NCBI GenBank assembly: GCA_004356555.1
Contig: SMWY01000091.1
Location: 1-38,977, forward strand
Direction of reading: 5' to 3'
Origin: Candidatus Dadabacteria bacterium
GTDB lineage: Bacteria; Desulfobacterota_D; UBA1144; Nemesobacterales; UBA2774
Length of the DNA stretch: 38,977 nt
In this document: positions 27,867 through 37,814 of the stretch, piece by piece
Layout of the letters: every line of letters starts with the position of its first letter
Numbering within the stretch: the stretch's first letter is position 1
Notes under the pieces: model-generated
What the model saw: only the letters and a program-made list of their open reading frames with translations
What the model was told of the DNA's origin: nothing
Database searches by the model: none
Translations under genes and position numbers: made by a program

Positions 27867-29360
27867 TTATTCCGCTATTAACTTATATTTTTCCATTCTT
27901 CCTTCTACGGGCTTATATTCAATCTCTAAACCGTGTTTTTCCTCAAGACGTTTGAGATTATCTTTTTCTGAATCTAATAAGCTCTTAATTACAACTGGGT
28001 TTGCCTGTACGGTGATCTTTTTATTCACAGGTTTAGTCAGGCGTTTTTTGATATCCCTAATTATTTCATAGGAAATAGTGTCTATAGATTTTAAATATCC
28101 TATACCGTCACAACTAAAACAAGGCTCAGCCAGTTCTTTTAAAATACTTTCTCTCAGGCGCTGGCGGGTCATTTGAATAACTCCGAAAGGAGACATTTCA
28201 AGTACAACGGATCGGGCTCTATCATGTTTAAGAGCCTCTACAAAACACTCGTAAATTCCTTCTCTCAGCTGGCGGCTTTTAATATCTATAAAATCTATTA
28301 CAATTATCCCCACGAGATTTCTTAATCTTATTTGTCTTACTATTTCTAAGGCGGATTCCACATTTATATTATAGATAGTTTCCTCTGGGTCTTTCCCGCT
28401 TTGATATCTGCCTGTATTCACATCTATGACTGTTAGCCCTTCCGCTTCCTCAATAATGATATGCCCGCCCGATTTAAGCCAAACCTTTTTCTTAAATATC
28501 TTCTTTATCTCATTTTCAACTCCGTATTTTGAGAACAAGGGGTTAGAGTCTTTATACAACTCCACATCTACATTAGAATCAGGGAAATTGCGCTTTAAAT
28601 AGTTAGTAATTTCCCTGTATGCATTATCTGAATCCACTACTATCTTATTGACTTTGTTTGAGACAAAATCTCTAGCAGCTTTAAGGTAAAGTTTAGGTTC
28701 TTCATAAATTAACGAGGGTCCACTCTTTTCTTCATTAGCTTTCTTAACACCTTCCCATATGGAAAGAAGCTCCTTTAAATCCTGTGCAAGTTCTTTCTCG
28801 GAAACTCCCGCGCTCGCAGTTCTCGCAATTAACCCACTCCCTTCAGGTTTTAGCTTTTTAATTGATTCACTTAATCTCTCCCTTTCTTCACTATCTTCAA
28901 TTTTTCGGGATATCCCGACTATATCTATGCTTCCTAACAGCACCAAATACTTTCCGGGAATAGCAATATAGGATGATAGCTTTGCCCCTTTGCCACTAAC
29001 AGATTCTTTTAACACCTGAACTAGAACATGCTGCCCTTCTCTTAAGATGTCCTGGATCAGATTCTTTTGTTGCTTATTAAAATCTTGGACACTATCCTCT
29101 TCACCGTTCTCAAGAAAAAACTCATAGAGAGTGTCTTCCTGCACATCTTCGACCGAGATAAAACCGGCTTTTTCTATACCAATATCTATAAAGGCAGCCT
29201 GCATCCCAGGAACTACTTTTCCCACTTTGCCCTTATATATATTTCCGACTATCCGCGGTGTGGACTTCCTCTCAATATAGAGCTCTGCAACAGAACCATT
29301 TTCCATAACTGCAACTCTGGTTTCGTTGAATGTTACATTTATTAAAATTTGGTTGTCCAT
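27867..29360 (-). CDS. rng: Ribonuclease G (Rne/Rng family)
   Basis: GNIYKGKV..VVPGMQAAFIDIG, VQVLKE, IDVNTG, IRLRNLVGIIVIDFID, CFSCDG; 497 aa with no RNase E scaffold tail. Confidence 0.93.
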   Translation of the reverse strand: MDNQILINVTFNETRVAVMENGSVAELYIERKSTPRIVGNIYKGKVGKVVPGMQAAFIDIGIEKAGFISVEDVQEDTLYEFFLENGEEDSVQDFNKQQKNLIQDILREGQHVLVQVLKESVSGKGAKLSSYIAIPGKYLVLLGSIDIVGISRKIEDSEERERLSESIKKLKPEGSGLIARTASAGVSEKELAQDLKELLSIWEGVKKANEEKSGPSLIYEEPKLYLKAARDFVSNKVNKIVVDSDNAYREITNYLKRNFPDSNVDVELYKDSNPLFSKYGVENEIKKIFKKKVWLKSGGHIIIEEAEGLTVIDVNTGRYQSGKDPEETIYNINVESALEIVRQIRLRNLVGIIVIDFIDIKSRQLREGIYECFVEALKHDRARSVVLEMSPFGVIQMTRQRLRESILKELAEPCFSCDGIGYLKSIDTISYEIIRDIKKRLTKPVNKKITVQANPVVIKSLLDSEKDNLKRLEEKHGLEIEYKPVEGRMEKYKLIAE

Positions 29361-29438
29361 GGGGATTATTCAAAACGTCTTTATCTAAATCTTGATAATA
29401 GATTTTAATTATAGTCTATAAGCTATACATATGAAAGC

Positions 29439-30110
29439 TTACGTATTGTTTGATTGTCCGGTCATGGGTACAAAACGGACGGCTGTGATTTTCTTTCTCT
29501 TTACGCCTTCGTTGGTATTTTCAATCAAGAGGAGTTCCTGGCTCAAATCCCCTACCGGGATGATCATTCTGCCGCCCTGGCTGAGCTGCTCTATTAGTTT
29601 ATCGGGTATATCGGCGGGCGCTGCAGTTACTATTATGCCCTCAAAAGGAGCATTCTCTTCCCACCCCCTATAACCGTCGCCAATCCTGTATTTAATATTC
29701 GAATATCCTAACTTTTCTAAAGTTTTGCGGGCGTTAGCAGCAGTATCTTCAATTATTTCAATCGTATACAGATCACATCCAGTTTCGGCAAGGATAGCCG
29801 ACTGGTAGCCTGAGCCGGTACCGATTTCTAAAATTTTTTTACCCGGCGAAGGATTTAGAAGCTCGGTCATAAGGGCAACCATATAAGGCTGAGATACTGT
29901 CTGTTCCTTTTCTATCGGGATCGGTTTATCATCATAAGCAGAATCCAGATAATCCTTTGGGACGAATAGATGCCTCTTAACTTTTAGCATTGCCTTAAGT
30001 ACTCTTGCATCCTTAATTCCCCTTAAGACAATTTGATTTTCCACCATGTCCCAGCGTCTTTCTATATATCTATCTTCATCAATACCTTCAGATAAACCAG
30101 GGGGATTCAT
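29439..30110 (-). CDS. pcm: Protein-L-isoaspartate O-methyltransferase
   Basis: RHLFVP, AYDDKPIPI, QTVSQPYMVA, LEIGTGSGYQ, GDGYRGW..APF, VRFVPM. Confidence 0.97.
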   Translation of the reverse strand: MNPPGLSEGIDEDRYIERRWDMVENQIVLRGIKDARVLKAMLKVKRHLFVPKDYLDSAYDDKPIPIEKEQTVSQPYMVALMTELLNPSPGKKILEIGTGSGYQSAILAETGCDLYTIEIIEDTAANARKTLEKLGYSNIKYRIGDGYRGWEENAPFEGIIVTAAPADIPDKLIEQLSQGGRMIIPVGDLSQELLLIENTNEGVKRKKITAVRFVPMTGQSNNT

Positions 30111-30200
30111 ATAAAGAGAATAACACTAATTTGCTATTAATTAATAAGGACTGGAAAAGCCATAAATTAAGACAAACATCCTGATTGTATTTTTAAATGG

Positions 30201-30605
30201 CTATTTACCCATTTTGATTATGGTCTCAAAATCTTTTTTTGTAACGGGCATAACAGAAAGTCTGCTATGTGTAACCAGAGGGACTTTTTCTAGGCGTTTG
30301 TCATTTTTAATATCCGAAAGTGAAACGGGGCTGTTTAGTTTATTTACCGGCTCTATATCAACCACAACCCATCTGTCGTCTTGGGTTGTAGGGTCCTGAT
30401 AGAACTCCTTTATTACCCTGGCAACACCCACGACTTCCTTACCTTCGTTGCTGTGGTAATAGAGAACCAAATCCCCTTTTTCCATGGACTTGAGATTATT
30501 TCTTGCCTGGTAGTTCCTAACACCGTCCCAGTAAGTCGAGCCGTCTTTAAGTAGATCATCCCAGGAATATTTAAATGGTTCTGATTTAACAAGCCAGTAA
30601 TTCAT
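30201..30605 (-). CDS. EVE domain protein
   Basis: MNYWLVKSEP, WDGVRNYQARN, YYHS, SRLSVMPV; start placed at ATG 30605 to match the family N-terminus. Confidence 0.95.
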   Translation of the reverse strand: MNYWLVKSEPFKYSWDDLLKDGSTYWDGVRNYQARNNLKSMEKGDLVLYYHSNEGKEVVGVARVIKEFYQDPTTQDDRWVVVDIEPVNKLNSPVSLSDIKNDKRLEKVPLVTHSRLSVMPVTKKDFETIIKMGK

Positions 30606-30695
30606 AAAGTTTATTATCATTGATAAACTGTATTTTTCAAATGCTAGAATTTTGGACCTTCCTCAAATGTAATATTCCTGTATATTTATAGGCAA

Positions 30696-31382
30696 ATGGA
30701 ATTTTCGAGTCGATACAGACCAATATTTCTCCTCATATTTACACTTGTTATCCTACAAAGTTCAACGCTACTTGCACAAAATGGCGATAATAACAACTTG
30801 GTAGCTGCACGAGCCCCGTCTATATATATTGTAGGCAAGATGGCACTGATACCATTTAGTTCAAAACAAACGCTATCATTAGAACAATCCGAAGAATCAC
30901 TTTCAGATATTGAGCGGTATCTCACTATATCTCTTTACGATGCTCTTGTTTTACAAACCTCGGGCATGGCGGATGTTGAAATATTACCGCTGAAAAAGTC
31001 GGATACTGAATTTACCAAGTTAGAATCGGGGAAACCAAAAATATATTACAAAGATATAGCTATCGATGTGGGAAGGATTCTGGACGCCGATTCGGTAATG
31101 GTTGGAGTTATTTCAGAGTACACGGAAAGAGGCGGATCACAGTGGGGGATAGAATCTCCGCCAACCGTATCTTTTAGAGTAGAGGTACTAAGCACAAAAG
31201 ACGGAAGGGTGATATGGGAGACATATTTCACAGAAACACAAAAGCCCTTATTTGACAACCTGTTTGAAATAAAGAAGTTTGTAAAAAGAGGGGGCAAATG
31301 GATATCTGCAGATGAGCTTGCAAAAGAGGGCGCTAGAAAGATAGCTCAAAGGTTTAGCAGATTTCTACTGGAGAAAAGATGA
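30696..31382 (+). CDS. Exported hypothetical protein (possible CsgG/LpoB/GNA1162-like alpha/beta fold)
   Basis: Signal peptide ending LLA-Q; MALIPF, VGRILDADSVMVGVISEY, DGRVIWE; ATGA overlap with hisA. Confidence 0.6.
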   Translation: MEFSSRYRPIFLLIFTLVILQSSTLLAQNGDNNNLVAARAPSIYIVGKMALIPFSSKQTLSLEQSEESLSDIERYLTISLYDALVLQTSGMADVEILPLKKSDTEFTKLESGKPKIYYKDIAIDVGRILDADSVMVGVISEYTERGGSQWGIESPPTVSFRVEVLSTKDGRVIWETYFTETQKPLFDNLFEIKKFVKRGGKWISADELAKEGARKIAQRFSRFLLEKR

Positions 31383-32101
31383 TAATTATCCCTGCCATAG
31401 ATCTTAAAGACGGAAAGTGTGTAAGACTTTTTAAAGGGAAGGAGGAACAAGTAACGGTATTTTCCGAAAATCCCTCTGAAGTAGCAAGAGAGTGGGATGA
31501 ATCAGGAGCTAAGTGGATTCACGTGGTAGACCTTGACGGTGCCTTCTCAGGTAAACCTAGAAATTTTAACGTCATTAAATCTATTGTAGATTCGGCATCC
31601 TGCCCGGTCCAAGTTGGCGGAGGCATAAGGAATATAGATACTGTACGAGAGTATGTCGGAATCGGTGTTAAAAGAATAATATTAGGAACTGCTGCATTTA
31701 GCGACGAGGATTTTTTAAGGAATGCCTGCAGCGAATTTCCAGAAGAAATCGCAGTTGGAATCGATACTAAAAACGGGAAAATAGCCGTTAAAGGCTGGAC
31801 TGAAGTAATAGACCAAAGTACCGAGGAAGTGCTCGAGAATCTACATGAAGTTGGTGTATCGGTGGTACTTAATACTAATATCGACAGAGACGGAACTATG
31901 GAAGGAATAAATATTGAGGGTGCAAGAGAATTTATAAACGAATCTCCGATTCCTGTAATCGCCTCAGGCGGAATTGCTACAATGGAAGATCTTGAGAAAC
32001 TGGCTTCAATTGAGCATTTAGGCTTATATGGTGCTATACTAGGGAAGTCAATTTACACTGGTAGTATTAATCTAAAAGAGGCAATACAAAGGTACTCCTA
32101 A
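31379..32101 (+). CDS. hisA: ProFAR isomerase
   Basis: [47 protein letters not shown]. Confidence 0.98.
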   Translation: MIIIPAIDLKDGKCVRLFKGKEEQVTVFSENPSEVAREWDESGAKWIHVVDLDGAFSGKPRNFNVIKSIVDSASCPVQVGGGIRNIDTVREYVGIGVKRIILGTAAFSDEDFLRNACSEFPEEIAVGIDTKNGKIAVKGWTEVIDQSTEEVLENLHEVGVSVVLNTNIDRDGTMEGINIEGAREFINESPIPVIASGGIATMEDLEKLASIEHLGLYGAILGKSIYTGSINLKEAIQRYS

Positions 32102-32102
32102 A

Positions 32103-32861
32103 ATGTTATCGAAGAGAATAATACCCTGTTTGGATGTAAAGGACGGAAGGGTGGTTAAAGGGGTTAATTTCGTCAATTTAAGAGACGCCGGGGACCCCGT
32201 TGAAATTGCAAAGAAGTATAGTGATGAGGGGGCTGATGAGATCTGTTTCCTGGATATAACCGCCTCTAATGAAGAAAGAGAAACTATGATTGACGTAGTT
32301 GAACGTACAGCAGCGCAGGTATTCGTTCCGCTTACCGTAGGCGGGGGCGTGAGGACTCTTGATGATGTGAGACAGATATTATTAGCCGGGGCCGATAAAG
32401 TCTCAATAAACACTGCAGCAGTGAAAAACCCTGATTTCGTAAAAGAAGCCGCAGATAAGTTTGGAAGCCAGTGCATAGTGGTCGCTATAGACGCTAGAAG
32501 TGTAGGTGATAGCAAATGGGAAGTTTTCACTCACGGCGGAAGAAACCCTACCGGAATAGACGCTGTAGAATGGGCTCAAAAAATGGAGGACTACGGTGCA
32601 GGGGAGATTCTTCTTACAAGCATGGATAAAGACGGAACAAAATCAGGCTATGACCTTCCTCTTACAAAAACCATATCACGCAACCTGAGAATACCTATAA
32701 TTGCCTCAGGCGGAGCCGGAAATCTCGAACACCTGTCAGATGGGGTAAAACTTGGGGAAGCTGACGCCGTACTGGTCGCCTCCATTTTTCACTACGGAGA
32801 ATATACTATTAAGGAAGCCAAGGAATTCTTAAGCGCCAATGGTATACCAGTAAGACTTTAA
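32103..32861 (+). CDS. hisF: Imidazole glycerol phosphate synthase, cyclase subunit
   Basis: [48 protein letters not shown]. Confidence 0.99.
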   Translation: MLSKRIIPCLDVKDGRVVKGVNFVNLRDAGDPVEIAKKYSDEGADEICFLDITASNEERETMIDVVERTAAQVFVPLTVGGGVRTLDDVRQILLAGADKVSINTAAVKNPDFVKEAADKFGSQCIVVAIDARSVGDSKWEVFTHGGRNPTGIDAVEWAQKMEDYGAGEILLTSMDKDGTKSGYDLPLTKTISRNLRIPIIASGGAGNLEHLSDGVKLGEADAVLVASIFHYGEYTIKEAKEFLSANGIPVRL

Positions 32862-32891
32862 TTCAGAGTATTAAACAGATGGAGTTTAATC

Positions 32892-33941
32892 TTGACTATA
32901 AGAGAACAGCTTGAAGAAATAGAAAGGGGGATCTTGTCCCCTCTCGCTTCACTTAGTGCAGAGACAAAGGGGAGAATGAAGCCTGAAGAACAATGCGCTA
33001 TTCGAACCGATTTCCAAAGAGACAGAGACAGGGTTATACACTCAAAATCATTTAGAAGAATGAAACACAAGACACAGGTGTTTCTCTCCCCTACTGATGA
33101 TCACTATAGAACAAGGCTTACGCACGTAATAGAGGTGGCCCAGATCGCAAGAACGATTTCTAAAGCGCTAAGATTAAATGAAGACCTGACAGAGGCGATA
33201 GCACTAGGTCATGATCTTGGGCACACACCATTTGGACATGCTGGAGAAGCAATGCTTAATGAAATATTTCCCGGAGGCTTTAAGCACGTTATACATAGCC
33301 TACGGGTGGTAGATGTTCTGGAGAAAGGCGGTGAGGGACTAAACCTTACTTACGAAGTAAGGGACGGAATTTCTAAGCACTCAAAAGGCATGGGTGCGAT
33401 AGATAATCCGAAATACAGACCTAAGACTATGGAGGGTCAAGTTGTTAGAATCTCAGATTTAGTGGCCTATGCTAATCATGATTTAGATGATGCAATCCGC
33501 TCTGGAATTATAACAATTGATGATGTTCCCAAGAACTGTACTAAAACTTTAGGAAAAACTAATTCCGAGAGAATAAACAAAATGGTCACAGACATAATAT
33601 TTGAAACAAAAAATCTCGATGAGAAGAGAGTAGTTTCAAGTCCTGGAGTTGAACAAGCCATGCTTGAGTTGAGAAGCTACCTGTTTAATACGGTTTACAT
33701 GAACGATAAGATTAAAAACAATTTTGATAAGGCAAAAAAAGTAATAAAAGAACTCTACGAATATTTTTGTGAGAACCAGGATGAATTTAAGATTATATAT
33801 CCGAGAGAGCCTAGAGACGGAGAAACTCCGGAACGAGCGGTATGCGATTTCATAGCCTCTATGACGGATTCATACGCTATTACTCTTTATGAAAAGATAT
33901 TTTTGCCCAAGAGATGGCATGGAGATATAAGTGCATTTTAA
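32892..33941 (+). CDS. dgt: dGTP triphosphohydrolase-like HD protein
   Basis: TTG start; RTDFQRDRDRVIHS..FRR.KHKTQVF, RTRLTH, HDLGHTPFGHAGE, DFIASMTD. Confidence 0.95.
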   Translation: MTIREQLEEIERGILSPLASLSAETKGRMKPEEQCAIRTDFQRDRDRVIHSKSFRRMKHKTQVFLSPTDDHYRTRLTHVIEVAQIARTISKALRLNEDLTEAIALGHDLGHTPFGHAGEAMLNEIFPGGFKHVIHSLRVVDVLEKGGEGLNLTYEVRDGISKHSKGMGAIDNPKYRPKTMEGQVVRISDLVAYANHDLDDAIRSGIITIDDVPKNCTKTLGKTNSERINKMVTDIIFETKNLDEKRVVSSPGVEQAMLELRSYLFNTVYMNDKIKNNFDKAKKVIKELYEYFCENQDEFKIIYPREPRDGETPERAVCDFIASMTDSYAITLYEKIFLPKRWHGDISAF

Positions 33942-34032
33942 GAATATTAATTTCAGGTAACCTATATCCTTTCGAAAATACCCCATATTAAACATTTATA
34001 GACTTTAGCTAATTTTAAGACTACTTTGTTAG

Positions 34033-34842
34033 GTGCAAAAATTGATAAAACTGGGTTCGGTTTCGTTTTTAAACGCAAAACTTTTGACATATGCTCTTGA
34101 AAATAACCTGATCCAACATGAGTTCGATCTTATACAAACTCCTCCGTCAGAATTATCTGTGAAGCTTTTTAATAAAGAAATAGATGTAGGTCTAATACCT
34201 GTTGCGGAGCTGCTAAAAAGAAAGGACTACAGTGTAGTCCCTCAGATTTCTATATCATCATTTGGTAAAGTGGACAGTGTAATTGTTCTTGCAAAATCAG
34301 ATTTAAGAGAATTAAAAACAATCGCTGTCGATAAACGCTCCCAAAGCTCTACAGCATTACTCAGAATAGTGATGGAAATATTCTACGGACTTCAACCTAG
34401 CTATCTATCAAGGGATATTGATAAAGAGGGTGTCCTTGACGGTGTAGATGGGACTATGCTCATTGGAGATTCGGGACTTAAAGAATGTTATAATGCGGAT
34501 AATTCATATAAAGTCTACGATTTGGGAGAGATATGGACAGGCGAGACGGGGCTTCCCTTTGTCTATGCGGTTTTCGCGGTAAACAAAGGTGTTATACTAG
34601 GAAATAACCTGGAGGCTCTTATAGAATCAAAAAACTATGGACTTGGAATTGTAGACGAGATAGCTGAGACTGAGTCACAAAAAATAGGAATAGAAAAAGA
34701 CGTATGTCTTAAATATTTAACCGACCGGATTAAATATGATCTGGGCAGAGAAGAAATCAAAGGGATAATTAAATACAGCGAACTACTTTCAGACTTAAAC
34801 GAAGCAAAAAGGATTTCAGATATAAATATTTATTCAGAATAG
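34033..34842 (+). CDS. mqnA: Chorismate dehydratase (futalosine pathway)
   Basis: GTG start; VSFLNA, VDSV, SQSSTALL, LIGD, DLGEIW..TGLPFVYAVF. Confidence 0.9.
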   Translation: MQKLIKLGSVSFLNAKLLTYALENNLIQHEFDLIQTPPSELSVKLFNKEIDVGLIPVAELLKRKDYSVVPQISISSFGKVDSVIVLAKSDLRELKTIAVDKRSQSSTALLRIVMEIFYGLQPSYLSRDIDKEGVLDGVDGTMLIGDSGLKECYNADNSYKVYDLGEIWTGETGLPFVYAVFAVNKGVILGNNLEALIESKNYGLGIVDEIAETESQKIGIEKDVCLKYLTDRIKYDLGREEIKGIIKYSELLSDLNEAKRISDINIYSE

Positions 34843-34861
34843 ACAACAAGGAGAACCTCAC

Positions 34862-35698
34862 ATGACAGAGAAAATTCAAATGAAACTCGGGCATAGCCCC
34901 GATGCTGACGACGCATTTATGTTCTATGCTATCGATAAAAATAAAGTTACTTCGGACAAAATAGATTTCATTCAAGTTGTAGAAGATATACAGTCTCTCA
35001 ATAAGCGCGCCTTAAATAAAGAACTTGAGGTAACGGCAATTTCTGCTCACGGGTATCTCAAGGTGCAGAATGATTACAGGATTATGTCGTGTGGTGCCAG
35101 TATGGGAGAGGGTTATGGCCCTATTGTAGTTTCCAAAGAACCAATCCAAGACCTTGAAGGGAAAAGAATCGGGGTACCTGGAATGCTTACCTCAGCATAT
35201 TTGCTTCTCTGTATTTTTGCAGACGGGTTCATACCGGTTGAGATGGCATTTGATGAAATAATGCCTGCAGTACAGAGTGGAGAGATCGAAACAGGTCTGC
35301 TAATACACGAGGGACAGCTGACATATAAAGATGCGGGCCTTGAACTGTTATTTGATATTGGAGAACTCTGGGCAAAAGAGACTTCACTGCCGCTTCCTCT
35401 GGGATTAAACGTTGTGAAAAGGGATATTAGCGAAGACCTTCAGAAAGAAGCGCACAGAGTACACAAGCAGAGCATCGAGTATGCTCTAATACACAAAGAA
35501 GAAGCTCTTGAATATGCAATGCAGTGGGGAAGAGGGATGAAAAAAGATGTAGGAGAAAAGTTTGTGCTTATGTATGTAAACGAATATACAGTAGAATTGG
35601 GACAAAAGGGTAAGGCCGCTTTAGAGTATTTATTCAACCGAGCATACGAGAAAGGAATAATTACAGAAAAGGCGAATTTGGATATACTAGAGGGTTAA
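34862..35698 (+). CDS. mqnD: 1,4-dihydroxy-6-naphthoate synthase
   Basis: GHSPDADDAFMFY, SMGEGYGP, LLIHEGQLTY, LPLPLG, MYVN. Confidence 0.9.
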   Translation: MTEKIQMKLGHSPDADDAFMFYAIDKNKVTSDKIDFIQVVEDIQSLNKRALNKELEVTAISAHGYLKVQNDYRIMSCGASMGEGYGPIVVSKEPIQDLEGKRIGVPGMLTSAYLLLCIFADGFIPVEMAFDEIMPAVQSGEIETGLLIHEGQLTYKDAGLELLFDIGELWAKETSLPLPLGLNVVKRDISEDLQKEAHRVHKQSIEYALIHKEEALEYAMQWGRGMKKDVGEKFVLMYVNEYTVELGQKGKAALEYLFNRAYEKGIITEKANLDILEG

Positions 35699-35718
35699 TA
35701 TTTTAATATAGATTAACT

Positions 35719-37152
35719 ATGATTAAAGAATACGGGTATTTAGTAAACGGGGAATGGTACAAAAGCGATAATAAACGGGAGATAAGAAACCCTTATAACG
35801 ATGAGGTTGTGGGTTTGATAAATATTCCTGATCTTGATAAAGCAAAAGAATCTATCCGGCACGCCCAAGTCGCATTTGAGAAATTTCGACACAGTCCAAG
35901 TCATAAAAGAAGCGGAATTTTAAAAAACATAGTTAATGGAATTGAGAAGAGAAAGGAGGAGTTTGCAAAAACTCTCGTAAAAGAAGGCGGCAAACCGCTT
36001 AAAACCGCAAGAGTTGAAGTCGATAGAGCCATGACTACTTTCTCGGTAGCTGTGGAAGAGGCAAACAGATTCTCCGGAGGTGAGCTTCTACCAATAGATA
36101 TTGTCTCGGGAAATGAGGAGAGATTTGGCATTACACGCCGCTTTCCGTTAGGTGTTATAATGGGGATATCTCCATTTAACTTCCCGCTTAATCTGGTAGC
36201 CCACAAAGTGGCTCCTGCTATTGCCTCAGCTAATACAATGATCTTAAAGCCCGCGTCTCAAACTCCTATATCGGCACTAATGCTGGGAGAGATAGCCCTT
36301 GAGGCAGGTCTTCCCGAAGGGGCTCTTAACATACTTCCCCTACCCGGTGCACAAATAGAGCCTGTAATTGAAGACGTGCGCATAAAGAAAATCTCATTTA
36401 CCGGGAGTGATGAAATAGGCTGGGAGTTAATGAGGAAATATTCTAAGAAAAAAGTAACGCTTGAGCTAGGTGGAAACGCAGCAACCATAATAGATGAGGA
36501 CCCGCCTGACCTGGATTTTGCGGCAAGCAGAAACGCCTGGGGGGCTTTTTATCAGGCCGGGCAAAGCTGTATATCTGTTCAAAGAATATTCGTTCAGGAG
36601 AAGATATTCGATAAGTTCCTGGACAAATTCATAGATGAGACCAAGAAATTAAAACTGGGCGACCCTATGCTTGAGGATACAGACTTAGGCCCTGTGATAG
36701 ATAATGATTCCGCGGACAGAATAATGAGCTGGATAGATGAAGCGCTTGAAAAAGGGGCGGAGCTTTTAACCGGAGGAAAAAGGGACGGTAAATTAATAGA
36801 GCCGACTGTTTTGACCGGGGTTCCTCATAACTCGAATATAAGCTCGGGTGAGGTATTTGGCCCCGTGGTACACGTAGAGCCGTATAAAGATTTTGACGAA
36901 GCTCTAGACAGGGTAAACGATTCCCGCTACGGACTTCAAGCCGGGGTGTTTACTAAAGATATGAAAAAGGCATTTAAAGCATATCACGCTCTTCATGTAG
37001 GGGGCGTAATAGTAAACGACTACCCGAGTTTTAGAGTAGAGAACATGCCTTACGGTGGTGTTAAGGATTCGGGGGTTGGAAAAGAGGGACTCCGTTACGC
37101 AATTGAAGAAATGACAGAATTAAAACTTATGGTTATAAATTTAGATTACTAA
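35719..37152 (+). CDS. Aldehyde dehydrogenase, ALDH21/lactaldehyde-dehydrogenase-like group
   Basis: RRFPLG, SPFNFPLNLVAHKVAPA, LKPASQTP, FTGS, LELGGN, AGQSCIS (catalytic Cys), EVFGP, MPYGGVKDSG. Confidence 0.92.
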   Translation: MIKEYGYLVNGEWYKSDNKREIRNPYNDEVVGLINIPDLDKAKESIRHAQVAFEKFRHSPSHKRSGILKNIVNGIEKRKEEFAKTLVKEGGKPLKTARVEVDRAMTTFSVAVEEANRFSGGELLPIDIVSGNEERFGITRRFPLGVIMGISPFNFPLNLVAHKVAPAIASANTMILKPASQTPISALMLGEIALEAGLPEGALNILPLPGAQIEPVIEDVRIKKISFTGSDEIGWELMRKYSKKKVTLELGGNAATIIDEDPPDLDFAASRNAWGAFYQAGQSCISVQRIFVQEKIFDKFLDKFIDETKKLKLGDPMLEDTDLGPVIDNDSADRIMSWIDEALEKGAELLTGGKRDGKLIEPTVLTGVPHNSNISSGEVFGPVVHVEPYKDFDEALDRVNDSRYGLQAGVFTKDMKKAFKAYHALHVGGVIVNDYPSFRVENMPYGGVKDSGVGKEGLRYAIEEMTELKLMVINLDY

Positions 37153-37154
37153 AA

Positions 37155-37814
37155 TCAGCTGTATCCCTTAATTTTCTCAAGAATATTTAATCTTTCAAGC
37201 TCACCATAAGCCTTAGTATCGCTTTTTTGAGACACAAATTCTTTTAAATCTTCAGGGCTATCGATATCAAGTCCAATTCTCGGGTTATCGTAACTTTCAT
37301 AGGGGATATTATGTTTGTCTGCTTCATTCATATGCTTCCTGAAACTGTCATGGCCAAACATTGAGGGGATGGCGTCAGGAGGCTTTCTGAGAATAGCATT
37401 GGTCCCTAATTCATCCCTTGCCGGGACAAAAATAATAGAAGGGGTGTCCTTTTCTCTTTCCAGTATAAAATCTATATCATCTGAGGTAATAAGAGGGGCA
37501 TCTCCCGGGATTACGAGAACCGAGGTGGCTCCCATATCCTTACAAATTTGAGACGCATAGTCTACGGATGCACTCTCGCCGTTTTGCTCCGTTTCTATAA
37601 TTATTTCGATCCCCAGACCTCTAGCTATTTCTATAGCTTTAGCGTCGAGAGTGACAATAAACTTACGATCTGCGAGTAGTGATCCTTTAAGGGCCGTAAG
37701 AACATCCTCAAGCATTGCATAAGCAAGCGCTGTCCTTTCATGCTGCGGCAAGAGAGAGGAAAGTCTTTCCTTTGCTTTAGATAAATCTTTTACGGGGACA
37801 ATAACAAATTTCAT
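37155..37814 (-). CDS. cofC: 2-phospho-L-lactate / PEP guanylyltransferase (F420 biosynthesis)
   Basis: VPVK..KAKERL, AMLEDVL, IPGDAP, GTNA, FG.DSF..H, LDIDSPEDL. Confidence 0.93.
   Translation of the reverse strand: MKFVIVPVKDLSKAKERLSSLLPQHERTALAYAMLEDVLTALKGSLLADRKFIVTLDAKAIEIARGLGIEIIIETEQNGESASVDYASQICKDMGATSVLVIPGDAPLITSDDIDFILEREKDTPSIIFVPARDELGTNAILRKPPDAIPSMFGHDSFRKHMNEADKHNIPYESYDNPRIGLDIDSPEDLKEFVSQKSDTKAYGELERLNILEKIKGYS

Noticed and set aside
32072-32530. 152-aa antisense ORF over hisF
   Set aside because: Typical shadow of a conserved gene; the same applies to the other short opposite-strand ORFs in the track.
32892-33941. Antiphage dGTPase
   Set aside because: Short housekeeping-type sequence in a his/mqn operon, with no defence-island context.
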